A DNA stretch of 64,000 nucleotides from Takakia lepidozioides (GCA_030704615.1 CM060731.1:70494001-70558000); one strand, 5' to 3'. Shown: positions 24,350-38,799, counted from the stretch's first letter. The notes: a model not told the origin generated them from the letters alone. A program made the numbers and translations.

Positions 24350-25603
24350 CAGATTTTATTGCTGCAAACTATTCACTAAAGGACTCTTTTGGGTTATATG
24401 TTGGAGCTTTGGGAAGCGATCCTGACAGATGAGAACCATCTCTGCAAAAAGAACACGAGACTTTTATGACAAGTTTTCTGTATATCATATTAGCTTCTTT
24501 GGCTCCCTGTGGCTTAGTGCCTGTGCAAATGATTTTCACATGGAGCATAGGAGGTTATGTCGCCCTAGCTTCGTCAGTCATCTCTGGAAAATTGTGATTA
24601 AGTTGGTGATAAATGGTTCAAATACTTCAATTCCCGGTTCTAAATGCTGTCCTTTTATTGATGTGCTTTGTATGGTGCACTTATCTAGTATAGCAGGGTG
24701 ATCTGGATGGTGAGGATTCCACCAGGGCTTCAATTCACCATTTGACATCAAAGGGGTTGGTGACCATGACAGATTTGCATGGTCTTTGTCCATAAACCAA
24801 AGCAAAAGTTTCAGCCTGTTAAAAGTATTTATAATCTTATGCACTCTGTTGATTTGGTAATATAAAGTACTTTCATCTCCAATCTGGAAGGATGTCCAGT
24901 CTTGTTGAGCTGCCTCTGTTAGTTTATTCATGATACTAATTATTGTAAATGTAATGACATGTCTTATGATTGTCTATTTGTGGGTATCAGAGGAAAGAGC
25001 CATGTCCATTGTCACCCAGAGTTAGGAAGTTCAGGAGTTGAAAATATTCAGGATGTGGACACACTGAAGGTAGGAATAAGCAGATTTCACATTGTATTGC
25101 ATCTGAGATGCATAATGGTTTGCACAGGTTTTGGTGGTCTCATGGAGAAGTTTCAAGTCTTTAGAAATGTTAAATCATCCGCGAGTTGTAAGATAATTGG
25201 ATTCCCTTAATTGGATTCCCTCAATCGGGACAGATACATTGAAAACTTACTAAGATTATGGGGTGTAGTTTTTGGAATTTATCCCTCCACAGCTCAAATA
25301 CAACGCCATTTTTGGAGGTGTTGTGTGCTTTGTCTACATCCCACCTTCACAGTGGGTGCATTCCATCATGAAGTTCATAAAAGGACAATATCTGCAGTAA
25401 GACAATTTGTAGCACTACTGTGGTAAGAAATGATCTTTCAAGAATATTGAGCAGATTCCTGTTACAGAGAAGCACAACATGATTACATGGGCAACCAAAT
25501 GAGCTCAGTTTCAATGGGATTTCCGAATATCTCTCTTGGATCGAAAGAGCTAGGACAATCAATGCATCATCAACATCACGAGACGTAATTTGACTCGAAA
25601 CCC

Positions 25604-28600
25604 TCAGTCAGTGGAAACTACAGAAAAGGCTACTTGCAAATCATTTGAGGTACCAGATATGTACATCCTATGAGAGTATAACATCTGCTTATCTCTGTGA
25701 CTTCCAGCCCTCTGTTTCCTATCTCGATGCTGATACACATTTGTAGATTGGTTACAGCACCAGAAGATAACTTCCCGGACAAGAGGTTCATGTCCATTCA
25801 AAAAATTGCCCATACGTATACTTTTCCTCCAAGTCTGTGTCTGATTTAATGGAGAAAACAAGCTTGCCACCACTTCCCTTTCATTTGCAGCCTCCATCTG
25901 ACCTCCTTCCTGACAGCATACATAAAATATTGGTTCATTACCTAATATCTCCAGATTGCAACAACACATGCAGCATCGCAGGTGAAAAAGCAAGAACCAA
26001 ATGAACTGTTCGAGGGAGAGATTGTAGGAAAAACCTTCCATTGGCCAGGAGTAGATACAGCTCCAACAGGCACCCTTGCAGGAGGGAATCGGGTTGGTTC
26101 CAGACGCTGATTCAGAAATGCAGCAAGCAACCTGGGGGCACCCTGTAGCTTCTTCACAAGCGAACTTGTGAAGATAACATTGGCCTCTACTCTCTCAAAC
26201 ACTGCACACAATCGCAGGAGATCGTTGTGCCAATCAACCATGCCTTCTGGCGTATGCTCATCTGTCCCATTTGCGCACCCCATGGTCAGGTCTCTGGAGT
26301 CATATGACCAGAAAAGCAAGGATATGCAGGTCCTGACATGGCTATCAGAACTACAACGACGGTTTGTCTAAATACAGATGAAAATACACCACCATACACC
26401 CAGCTACAGGTGGGGTCATCATGAAGAATGAATCACTTTTGAATTGATCTGTAAAGCTGCAGCAGTCCTGTGTGTAGAACCTAAAGGCCAGCCTTAAAGA
26501 GGGAAAAGCTCTTAAACATGCCTCGCACTTGTGCAAGGCTCTGGCCTAAGGTAAAACTCTAATGTGTTCCCTGACACACAGGCCATGTAGATATGTAGAT
26601 AATCACTTTTCCCAGAAACTATTTGAAGACCTCAGATTGCTTACACAGGAAGGGCCAAGAAAAATTAGCAAGGTGTGCACCTGATTTCTTTAGCATATCT
26701 AGAGAGGGGAGGACAGAACTCATGGATGCAAACAGCTCATCCAGCTCCCATTTCACAGGTTGAATCATATAGTCAGTCACAGTTCGCTTCAAGGCATCAG
26801 CTGCCACCAAAAATGCAGTGCTCAACATCTGTGCCAATAGCTGCTGTGGTCGCACTGTGTCCAAATAGTGCATAACCTGCACCATTGGCACCTCAAATTT
26901 ATTTTAGCTCCAGCCTCCAATGGTCCATGCAGAAAGAGCCATTCTTTGCAAAAGAGGCTGTACCTTTTCCCCTTCACGAGTGTGGTCAAATAGAGGCTTT
27001 TGGTCAGCTGCAGCACATGCATCAACACTGTCCCAAATTCGGGCCCATGAATTGCCGGGCTTCGACATGCGTTCAGATAGTTTGCCTCTTCCACTGCTTC
27101 CAGCCTGATCATGTCCAGAGGTGCTGGACTGCGCAATCTCCCCATCTGGCAAGCCAACCGTATCTAACCAGTCGCGTGGGGAATGCCACCGAACAAAATC
27201 TTCCAGTACGGCTCCTGGATTTGCTGCCTTGAATGCCGCCATATCTAACAGGCACAACAATGTATTGCAATCCATGAACCAGGGCATATAGCATCTGGGA
27301 CGTCCAATCCTCAACTATTTTTATTTCTTCATCTCCCATCAACCTTCCCCTTTGTATGCAGGGCATGAACTCTACATGTATGGCTGCTCAACCCATCTTT
27401 CTGTCTCCCTGTACAACATGAAGGGAGGAAACGTATGTCCCCTCAATCCAAAATAGCACCCAAAACTGGCAGTCCACCGTCAATCTGCTCGTCTCATAAT
27501 TAACACCCATCTGCTATCATATTTGTCCTTTACCCAGGGAAGCTCCTCTATAATAAGATTAAATGGTGGTGGTTATACATAGAACCTACCTGAGGCAAGG
27601 ATTTCACTTTGGAGACGAGCACGAGCCATTTTTTGCTGCCAAAACTCTTCCACGTAAGAGAGATCGTTCATACACAAGACACTCTCCATCCACACTCAGT
27701 CTTCAGTTGCATATGCTCCTAACTCATTCAGCATTGAGCTCTCTCCTACTCTTACAGACAAAAAAGTCATTAGCTTTCAAATTCTGTGAGAAGCCACATG
27801 CTTCTGATCCCTGGTCCATTACAGGCAAGCTGTGGCTTCTTGCTGCAAGTCACACTAGCCGCCAGAAATGCAGGCAATCAAACTTACAGATGGGGACTTG
27901 TGCAATGTGGCAAGTGCTTGCTCACGCTCCTGTAGCATATCCTCTGTCATGATAGGCGGTTTCTGCTCACATCACAAATGAGCCAATACAGACATACAGT
28001 TGGATAATACAGGGGTAATACTCACATGAATTCTGTGTAAAACATAACCAGCATGGAACTTTAGATCAAGTAAATTAGGACAAATAACCTGCGTGATAGG
28101 GGCATGCAAGCTCTGAGAGACGTTGAGCAACATCAGATTTCCCACTGGACCGTTTGACCCTCTCCGCTCTTCTCCATTCAATCCCAAAGGCTCTGTGATT
28201 GGAAGTGTAAGGCTTGCCGATAGCCTCTCATGCTGTGTGTCTTCCTGAGGACTGTTCAATCATTGCAACAAAACTCCATGACTCAGAGAATACTAAATCT
28301 GCACTTCAAGAACAAGACTTTTTCCGTCCCCAGTCAAAACACAGGACCACAAGAGAAACTAATCAAACCCCAGATGCTGAACGAATACAGTGTGCCAGAG
28401 AAAGGAATTTCCCTGTTCCTTGCAGAAAAAGAATGAGATAAAGCAAGAAATTAATCTGTTACATCTGAGAGAGAGAGAGAGAGGATGTACTCATAACACA
28501 CTGTTTGCCATAGCCTTCTGGCCACAGACCCTGCGCCCAGTTTGGGTGGAACGAGAGGGAACAGCCAGCACCTTTGTGAGGAGCTCACTCCAGTAGTAGG

Positions 28601-31600
28601 ACATACCTTTATATACATACTTAGTTTGGGCTTTCCGGATTTCCTCTAGAAAGCCCTTCACACAAGCATCGATCTGCTGTATGTGAGCTGCCCCGGAAAT
28701 TTCCAATAGGGCCAGGGCTTTAGGCTCGTCCTTGAGATTTTGAAATTTGGTGAAAGGATGGCATAGGGAATGTATTCCTATGACATTGTTTGCAGTAGCC
28801 TTGTGGCCAAAGACCCCGCTCTGGGCAGAACAAAAGGAACAGACACTACCTTTGTGAGGGGCTCACTCCGGTAGTGGGACTTACCTCGGTATTAACAATT
28901 AGTTCGGGCTTTCCAGGTACCCTCAAGAAAGCCCTTCACACGAGCATCAATCTGCTGTGCATGAGCTGCCCAGCAGGGGTCAGGACTTTAGGCTCAGCCT
29001 AAAAAATTTCGAAGTTGATGGACAGAGGTGCAAGAACAATGTTCTTGATGTTCCTGAAGAGGGTCACTCTCTGGTGAGAATGCTCTGGAGAATGTATCAG
29101 AAAATGGATATTGTCTGCAGGAAATTACAACCTCATTTTCCTCTCTGCATCTGTTTATTGTTCAAAGGCAGGCTCCCCGCCCTGAGTTTTAATTTCAGTC
29201 TAGTGCCGAGGGCAGGTGGGCCCTTAAGGTCATCCTTAAGGTCCTCGCCAATGTCACAGACTGGAAACAAGTTCAGGCACATTTTATGCCCAACTTCATC
29301 AGAGAGAGAATGTACTCATAAGACGTTGTTCGCCGTAGCCTTGTGGCCATTGACCCCGCGCCCAGTTTGAGCAGAAAACAAAGGGACAGGAACTATCTTT
29401 TTCAGGGGTTGACGCCGGTAGTGTGACTTACCTTGCAACAAATGGTTGATCCAAGTTTTCCAGATATCCCTAGAAATCCCTTCATACGAACATCAAACTG
29501 CGTTGTGTGATTTGCCCAATAACTAGACCCCCAAAGGGCCTGGGCTGTTGGCTCAGCCTCGAGGTTTTCAAAGTTGGTAAACAGTGGTACAGGAACAACT
29601 CCCTTGATGGATTTGAAGAGGGTGTCTCTCTGGTGAGAGTACCCAGGACAATGAATCAGAAAGTGGATATTGTCTTCAGGTTGCCCACAAATTTGCAATC
29701 CCCCTTTCCTCTCTGCATCTGTTTCCTGTTCAAAGGTAGGCTTCCTGCCCTCAGTTTAATTTCAGTCTAGTGCCGAGAGTGAGTGGACCCTTGAGGTCAT
29801 CCATGATGGCCTCACCCATGTCACGGAATGGTCATTAGAATGTACTCATAAGACGTTCTTTGCGTAGCCTTCTGGCCATTGACTCCGCGCCCAGTTTGAG
29901 CGGAACACAAAGGGACAGAAACTACCTTTGTCAGGGGCTGACACCGGTAGTATGACTTACCTTGGAACATACAATTGATCCGAGATATCCTCTAAAAATA
30001 CCTTTACACAAGCATCAATCTGCTGGTGTGACTTGCCCATAACTCGGCCCAAAAAGGGCCTGGGCTTTTGGCTCAGCCTCAAGATTTTCAAACTTGGACT
30101 GGATCATTAGAGAGAGAGAGAGAGAAGAGATTAGCCATTTGTTTATTGAGAAGCCTCCACACTGTGACTGTGGCTGATCGGTCTTGTTGGCTATGCATAT
30201 CTTCAAATTTGGGCATCATGTCATTTGGGCATAGAGTTGTTGTACAGTTAGATCAGTTTGCACTCATGCTTACAGAGAAGAATACCGTCATGAATTTGGA
30301 TGCTGGTTGGGGTGGCATTTAGATGAGATCTCACCTTCCAGCACCAGTTGAGTGCTTTTGAGGACTCTGAGTTTTTGGCGTGTTGACAACCGGAGCTTCT
30401 AAGGCCTGGAGGTCTGTGGCACCAACCTCAAATGATCCCTGCAGTTCAACGCATACTCTTAGGAATGTCCTTGTGGCTTCACTTGTCCCCCTATTTTGTA
30501 CCCACTTTGTTTGTTTAAGGGTTGTAACATACCTCCTTTCCATCTTCTTGCTGTGGACCTGCTGTGATGTCGTCTGCTACATGCGGTCTGGCTGCTCTGT
30601 GCGTAATACATACTGCAAGCTGGCCACATGCCGCTACTTCTGTTAATAGGACAAATTAGTCTCAAGGAAAGTGCAAGTTTATTGTCCAAGAACTCCCAGC
30701 TGCTGACATGAATGGAGAAGTGTACCACAATGGGCGATAGCCGCTTATCACAATTCATTCTCTGACACCAAACCATTCTAAATAAGATCTGGCCTGCCCC
30801 TAACATCGAAGAGTGAAATCCTTGGAAAGGATGACCCAGATGGTAGCTAGAGACTCAACAAGAGCAACACGAGGATAAATAAATAAAAAATAGCTGGCCT
30901 GCTGGGTTCTATCAGCTCCTAGTGTATGCAAGCAAGGTTAACAGCATATGGACACAAGGCTTTACCATCCTATGCTGAAACCACTGCAGATTTCATATCA
31001 CTTTTTCTCAAATTAGCACATGCAGTGTGCAACCCTAAGCATCTTCAGGGAGTTGTGTACATGGTAAGTATGGCGTGCCATGCGTATGTGACTTCCATAG
31101 CAGCTGGTGCACAGTACATAGGTGAGGGATAAACACCAGTTGCAGTTTTTGATGCAGCAAACAAGCTGTGAAGTCTGGTGGTGCATCAGGTGACACCCTT
31201 GGCAATGGCTGCTCCTCATCCCAGCACCAGCGCACCTCACGCACGAACTCAATCCACAAGACTGCAATTGCTGGTCCCCCACTCTTTTCTCAGCATTATT
31301 ACTCGATAGATACCCCCACCATTGAGCAGAAGTAAAGCTAACGTTGTAAAGATACTCAAAGCCTATCATCAGTACCTGTAGCCCTTCTGAGACATCCTCT
31401 GCAACCGCTGAAATATTCTTTGATGTGTCCTTGAAAATCCATAGAAACATCCAGTCATAGTGGTGTTATGTCACAGTCAAACACCAACAAATATGAGAAG
31501 GCACTGAAAAACATACCACGGATGTTACAAGTACCAAACCGTAGAGCATGGAGGCAAAATCGAGCAAAGAGAGAATCTGGCGGTGCTCCTTTAACACCAT

Positions 31601-34600
31601 CAGCATACTGATGATCCATCCCTCCGTTTCCAGAAGTCAATGGTGCTGCAACACAGCCAAGGACACCTGGATCTCAGTGACCTGACTCATCAAATACCAT
31701 ATGGTCAGAACTCCATCATTTTCATGTAAATGCCTTCAAATTCGATTGGCAAGGGAGTAACACTCCCACTAATCACAGTTGTATGCTAATAGCACATGGT
31801 ATACATGTCCTGTTCAGAAGAAGGTCCAGGTGCTAAACTGTCAATCACAACAACAGTAACATGCTATCGGCCATCTGAAGCAATCCCCTCCCTTCATTCT
31901 GTCTCTCTGGCTCTGGTCCATAAAAGTACTAGAAAAAGCTGGGTGAGGCTCCCATAAGAAAAGGACCCACTCATGAAAGCAGTACTAGAGTCTTTACAGG
32001 ATATTGTGGATACGTCTACAGACAAATAGTAGTTCAAAGTAGAGGTTCCGGCACACCTGACTGAAACAGATCTTTGAGAATGCGATCCAGGACAGTTGGA
32101 GGAGGAACTGTCAAAGACTGTGTGACATGTTGGATACCTGGCTTATCTGCTGCATTTGTAAAATAAAGTTGCATCAGTCCCTGCAGACATTCACCTACTA
32201 TTCAAAAGCCAGTGTGCAAGCTGTAATGGATGGCATTAAAGGGGTATAACAACTGGAAAGCTCAGAAGAATACTACAATGAAAAAGGATGGTAATTTCAC
32301 CAGCTGCAAAGTCCTCCAAGAACTCAGCTTCACAGGACACATGAAAGGTATGTACTAGTGCTCGAAGCCGCCCAGCAAAACCAGCATCCTCTTGTTGCAC
32401 GTTCCCCCTTCACATATGAACCCTTCATGTGATGTTCTACTTTTTCTGGACCCAGATGTCGAGCTCATGTTGAAGCATATGGCTGTAAATATATCACTAC
32501 ACACTGCCTCTGTAGCTGTTTGTTTAACTATGCCTTGCTTTAGAAGTATAATAATTATTAAAGTTCAACAAACCACAACAAAACTTTGCATGTCATTGTT
32601 TTCTCAAGCACATATCAGCCTTCTTAGCTAATCACAGAATACCACCCATAGGGATGAAGTGCCCAGCTTACTGATCCTTGGCTGTGACTAAGGTTAGCAA
32701 CCAGTTGTCAGCTTCCAGAGTTGACAAGTTTTCATACTCTGCCATCTCCATTGAATTCCTTACTTTCCGCTTGGTCCATGTGGTGATGAGCTCAAATCCT
32801 GCACCCAAGTTGGGCATCACCCAGGTACTTTCTTCTGGCTTTCCATTATCTTGACATCAAAGTAACAAAGATGTGACCAAAGAACTGTGATATCCCCATT
32901 TCCAAGAACATGCATCTGAGCACATTGATAGAAACTGCATATGGATTGCCGTTTGTGTGGCTCTCAAACACCTGGTTGCAGAAAGAAATTTCACATTCTT
33001 GAAGGGGAACACAATTTCTCCTACTTTGCACAAGTCCAAGCCGAACATGTTGGTGGAGATCAGGCTGTCCCAACAGGTCGAACACATGAACTTGATGTAA
33101 TTGCATTTGCTTCTACATCAGTTGAGTATTATGCCTTTGCAAGAATGTAGAAGAACTCCAACCTTCTATTTGGGAGAAAACCAATTAGCTAAGTATAACT
33201 GTACTTCTGTAGTACAACTACATACCTGTGATGGCCTTGAAGAGCTACTAAGATCCAGAGCCTCACTAGAAAATAACTAGGGTAAAAACATGTCACTTTT
33301 GAGAACTATAGAAGGATTCTACATACTTTTGGGGTGTACCTTTGACTGGATCTTCCACAGAATGCCACTCAGCCCAGGGGCAATCCTCATCCCAGGCTAT
33401 GTCATCCGCCATGTCACCATCAAAATTGGCAATGGGTTCAGCATTGCCAGTTTCAAGGTATTCAAAGCCGGGCATAGGTGTCCGGTATGTTAAGCGCATG
33501 GTAAACTCCACTTCAAAGTTTGGAACTGCTATGGCACCTGCTGTCTTGAATGCCTTTCCACCAGATAGGATCAACACATATCAGCCTTTGCTCCTGCTAT
33601 GATTCACATAAGAATCTTGCACACAGTAACTGCCACATTCCTCAAACGGCACATGCATGCAACAAAGCACCACCTCATGCGTATATGCACATGAGACAGA
33701 CAGGGTGGGTCAGTTTATACCACTTTAGAGACGAAAAGGTCATGTAGACCCTCCAGATGCATGAACCTGACTGGTACCCAGCTCCCAATGCGATCTGTCT
33801 CATATCGAGCAGAGTAGGTCTTGGTGCCTTGTATGCCCTGATATGCTTTGCGAGTCGGATCATGTACTGGTACAAATGCTGGCAATTCACTGTGACACAC
33901 CACATATGTCAGTACGCACACAAAATTTGATCTCTTTGTCTGTCATTTATCATTATTTAGGAGATTGCTTACATCGTCAAGTATCTACATGCATGTGTGA
34001 CCATCAGAATGAAGTGTGCTGTACATTCTCGACTTGCATTCGGAAGGGAACTAATAAAAGAGTCTGGTCTTGACCTTGTCAGGATCAGACCATTAACATC
34101 AACAAGTAAAGCAGAAATTAGCTGCTGCCACTCATTGAATTTATCACCCCAGTGGATGTGGACAGGCATACTCAACCATGATGCTAGCTAGCACTTGAAA
34201 GGTAGATCTGACATTGACTAATATTGACAACAGAATATGTACAACCTGCCACAATTGGAGAGAGCAACAGCAACAGTGCTTAGAAGCAGTGTCGCCTCTG
34301 GAGCATCAAGCACTACGCCGCTCATGCTTATAGGAGACAGTATCTGCATACAGACACCTTCTCATTAGACAAAGGACTTTGCATCCTTTTCTGTCTCACC
34401 TTTGGAGCACCAGCTCTACCTTGAAGCCCAGTGCACAAAGCTTATGCATAGTTTGGACAGAGCAGACGGGCGGGCACCTATCTCAAAGGCTTGACTCACC
34501 AGTGACACTCACTTGAAAAATAAATATTGATCTTGTTTATTTAGAAATCTTATAAACATATTATCCTTCAACGCCAGTTTTCACCCCAGACTTCAGACCC

Positions 34601-37164
34601 AAAAAAGAAGAAAGGTATTTGAACTTCTGCCTGACTTGCTTCACCAAAGCATCGGTCGGATGCAATATCTTCATCCAGAATTCAGACCCAACATAGGTCA
34701 CAACATTCTTCTTTGTACTAAAATTTTATTAGGGCCCTGGGCCTTTGACCACAACATACAGCATGAAGATTCTTATAAGTATGCCCTTTTCATCTGTGGT
34801 TCTTGTTGTTCTACTTGTCCCATTGGCCCTCAGGGCCTGTTGTAGCCATTATGAATTTCTTTCTTTCTTCCTGAGTGTATGTGTTTATGTGTTCTTGTCC
34901 CATAAGGCCTTCGGGTTTCCAATCGACCTTGTAAGGCTCCTTTCCTTTCCTGTCTCTCCAAGCATGTAGCAAACAGGTATACGCACAGCACATTGCAAAC
35001 ACATGTCACAACACCTGGATAATAGATAGTGAGGCCACGCACCACAAAATTTGTTACACCAAACCAGAGTTCCAAAGGGTGCACACCATCTGCCCATTCT
35101 TCTCCGCTATCTACACATGCCATACTGTACACCTTGTGAGTCTGCGTTTTCATGGTTATTTCTACTCAAGTACTCTAGAAATTTTGTCCCATGTCATCAA
35201 GCTCTCCTAGTTATGCCATGCCAACTTTCACTAAGTTATCCTAAAAACGATGCAGTGGCATCCTACACAACTAATCCCAAAGCACCAATCATTGCAGGAA
35301 ACTTGAATCAGCTTGGGACAGGTTCCTAATTACTGATCATGAGATTGAGCTCAACATTGAGTAACACATAACCATCGCATGAAGGTGCCAAAAGTACCAC
35401 TTTCCATAGTAGAATGGAAGAAGAAGTCAGCACGGAAGGTTTTGGAGCCATAAGCAAGCTCCTTATGCACCTGACGCAGGTTTGGCAACCCCTCCACCTT
35501 CTCTGCACCAGCTGCCTGTGCACCGTCCCTCTACTGCATGACAGCTCTTTTGGTTCCCACTAGTATCACTGTACACAGCACTGCTTACATAATATTTCTC
35601 TCCACGACAGAATGTGAACCCAGATGGTGAACAATATAAAACACACTGGTCTCTGGCATTCATGGCTTTAATTATTGGCATTCCATGTCACAGGGGTTGG
35701 TGTTTTCTGCACTAACCATCGTCGTTCTTCAAATTATCAATGTGGCTTGACAATACAAGTTAATCGGTTCACATAAAGTCAGTTTCAGTTTTCCTATCAT
35801 GCACTAGGTTAATGCAACCCACACACAAGGTCCTTGAAGGATTGAACAGACCAGCAGCTGAGAGATGGAAGCAGCCTGCCACTCTCGACACACCACCTCC
35901 ATTCCAGCTATGAATCTGCATACCCACGCTGGGGTCAGGTAGAAGCAATTACCAACCCACACCAGTTCCCGGCAAATATCCAAGCCAGCTACTGGTGTAG
36001 AAATTCAAGGGTTCCACACTAATCTGAAATGCTAAAGAAACACTCTTGGACTACTCAGGCAGGCTTGGTCGGCGGGATCACCTCTCCCAAGATGAAGCAA
36101 TTGTGAAGTCATCAAATCCCTCCAGCTGCCAAAACAGACTCATCAGTCACCTTAACAAGGCATTTTAGACTACAATTCCCCATCCATATGTCACTTGTAT
36201 TGTACAACTGATTGATTGCCAAGACTTTACCATATCCAACATTCTTCAGCCATTGCAAATTGTGGACTTCTACATTAATGAAGTACTGGACAAAAGACTC
36301 AAAGTACAGATGCATCATGTGCTGAGAAATGCCCCTTGAAGATTGAAAGACATCTGCACAAAGTGCACCTTAATTGGCCAGCTGAAAGTACTGGGAATGT
36401 GAAATGGTGCATGCAAAAGGGGCGAGTCAAAATAAAAATCCAAAGGAGCACAATTGGCACACATGGAAGAAGGGACACCCTGTAGTCCCTTTCGAGGAAA
36501 GTGTAAAACTGATTGTCCTCTATCAGACTCAGAATGCTGACAACAACGACCCCTCTGGAAGTAATGAGTAAATATTGCGATCAAAACTGTGGTGAGACCC
36601 GTGATGCTTTCCCCAGAATACCTCAACAATGCCCACTAGTAGAGTTTCTTTTCCTTTATCTAATAATTAGGGCTTCCACCTCCCTTGATGCCGGCCTAGT
36701 GTCGCACATCATTGGATCTATCCGATACTCTGAGCTAAGTTCAGGAAAGAGACACAGCACAAAAGAACGTCTAGAAACTTTGTAGGCACTGTTACAGGAT
36801 AGTTGCAGATTGTACAGCGGAATCCCTTCTTTGAAAAGTACTTCAGAAAAGCTTCCGGGTGGACCACCTTTTTATCAATCTATGCTAATTAAGTATCTCC
36901 CTTATGTATCACAAGGTGAACGCATGGAGTCTATTCAGCCATATGCAGTTTTCCGAATTAGAGTATGGGGGCAAGCTCTGTCAGTATTGATAATGCTACA
37001 TAATGTATGCAGCAAGTCGAAAACAGAATTCCTCATACGACACTGCTAGACAGAAGAAGCGTCAGTGCATAGGTTTCACAGGGAGGATAAAAGAATGTGA
37101 GGACTACATCGTCGAGATTATCAGACTCTTTGTGCTGCAGGCCCGTCGCTGATGAGGAATCCAT
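25604..37164 (-). CDS. RAB3GAP1: Rab3 GTPase-activating protein catalytic subunit (multi-exon)
   Basis: Start MDSSSATG (37164-37108); exons LEGFDDFTIASSWER (36125-36082), FIAGMEVVCREW (35915-35852), HPLELWFGV, WDEDCPWAEWHSVEDP, APPDSLFARFCLHAL, WIEFVREVRWCWDE, FKAANPGAVLEDFVRWHSPRDW; last exon 25909-25604 ending GNFLNGHEP...HRMYISGTSNDLQVAFSVVSTD*. Not all internal exon boundaries were resolved. Confidence 0.88.
28467..30125 (-). mobile_element. Head-to-tail array of four 5'-truncated non-LTR retrotransposon 3' ends inside a Rab3GAP intron
   Basis: Units start on + at ~28484, 28768, 29308 and 29838 with GAATGTACTCATAAGAC-like sequence. The minus strand encodes a LINE ORF2 C-terminus (LKLRAGSLPLN...ICGQPEDNIHFLIHCPGYSHQRDTLF, Cys/His finger). 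The array is bracketed by (GA)n tracts. Confidence 0.72.
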
Positions 37165-38424
37165 GGCGTCAGTAACATCCCAACTCGAATTTGGAGTGAG
37201 TGAACACAAGGGCCCTGAAGCAGTGCCACCGAACAATCAACTCCTCTCGCCCACAGACGACGAGGCAATTGCTGCAAATCGCAACCAACGATCTTGGTAT
37301 ACTCCCGGGTCGCAGGACTTGTTCTTTTTTCCTGCTCCTACTATGGTTTGAGGCATGAATTAAAAGTGCCAATATACTGCAGCATTCCCTCCACTCTTCA
37401 CCTCGATCTCTGTAAATTCTCCGAGGAAAAACAAGGTTGCTTGTGCATCAATTAAGCTGCCATATGGGCCAATCACTTCACCCGGACACTTGGGGTATGA
37501 CGGTATGACACACACCTGCAGTAACGCGCTGGATATGCACAGTATAACCACATATGATATGCAAATACATAGTGCCAAAACTACAAAATTTCTTGTGTTC
37601 AGTGAACACAGCTTTATTTTTTGTTCAGACTTCAGACGCGGGCCAACTCTCTAGGCAACTAGCCGTCCGCGATCCTTGCCTTGCCTTGCCTTGCCTTGAA
37701 ACTGTACGGGTAGGACTTGCTGGGCCTGGAGAGATTTGACGAGCGTCTAACATGAGACTAATTTGTTGCTGACATTACAATTTGTGGCCCCGCTATTAAC
37801 CCTTAAGCGCCCATTCGACCCGTTTTCGGCCGTTGGTTTTGGTTTTTCCCCTCTGTTTTTCTCAGATTTGAACCGATTAACCTGATTTTTGGAGGGTAGG
37901 ATGCCAGCCACATGGCAGTCAGGATTCCAACGCGCGATTAGGTTTTTTTTTTGGTTAGGGTTGCAATTTTTGGCTGCGCAGGAGGTGGGGTCTGCTTCTG
38001 TAGCGATTTTGGGTTGCTCCCGCGTTTTCAGCGTCATCTCTCTCCTTCCCGCGCTTTGCCTTGTGCTGTGATCTCGTCTGTTGTGGCGTTCGCGCGTGTT
38101 CCATACTTTGTTGCAGGTTGCCGTTGCAGATGCCTTGACAGGTTGCCGTTGGTGGTCTGCTCCGATTGCATCTTCCATTATCTCTTTCTCTTTCAGTTGA
38201 GGACACTTGGAAATTGTGGCACCGCTACAGAGACTGAGCCATAGCTGTGAGAGAGGATGGGCCGGCTTTGCATTGATACTCAGGGTGCGCATTCAAGACA
38301 ATGTTCATTGTTTGATACCTGAGCTAGACTATGCGCAGTTAGGGCATCGTGTAGCTCATCTTTGTGTTTATCCTTGTGTGCATATGCAAATTTGTGGATG
38401 AAGGTTGAAGCTACATAGTATAAG

Positions 38425-38799
38425 ATGGGTTCGGGTGTGTTGCCTCCCCCTGCACCTACGCATTTGGAGACTCAAGCTGCATCGATTGCCAAGTGGGCAC
38501 GCTCACTGGGCGCATCAACCGAGCGGATTGTCGAGTGCCTGAATGAGGACTACTTCTTGTGTTTGAAGAGACCTGCTCGTGTGCGTTGGCCTGGATTTCC
38601 ACAGCCCTCCAACTTTCGTTATTTGTTTAGGCGCCATTGTGCAGAGATTTTGGGTTGGGTAGATCGCAAGGAGGAAGGAGACCCTCTTGGGTTCAGCGCA
38701 GAGGTCAACGACATTTTGAGGCTCGAGGTTTGGCCTGACTTCCAGACGTCTTCTGCCAGCCACGATGAGGCTCAAACAACTGGCCAGGGAGAGAGGTAA
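38425..38799 (+). CDS. 124-aa upstream ORF inside the piggyBac element (separate accessory protein or first exon)
   Basis: Clean ATG-started ORF of globular composition, with a potential donor GAGAG|GTAAT at 38795/38796. Confidence 0.45.
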   Translation: MGSGVLPPPAPTHLETQAASIAKWARSLGASTERIVECLNEDYFLCLKRPARVRWPGFPQPSNFRYLFRRHCAEILGWVDRKEEGDPLGFSAEVNDILRLEVWPDFQTSSASHDEAQTTGQGER

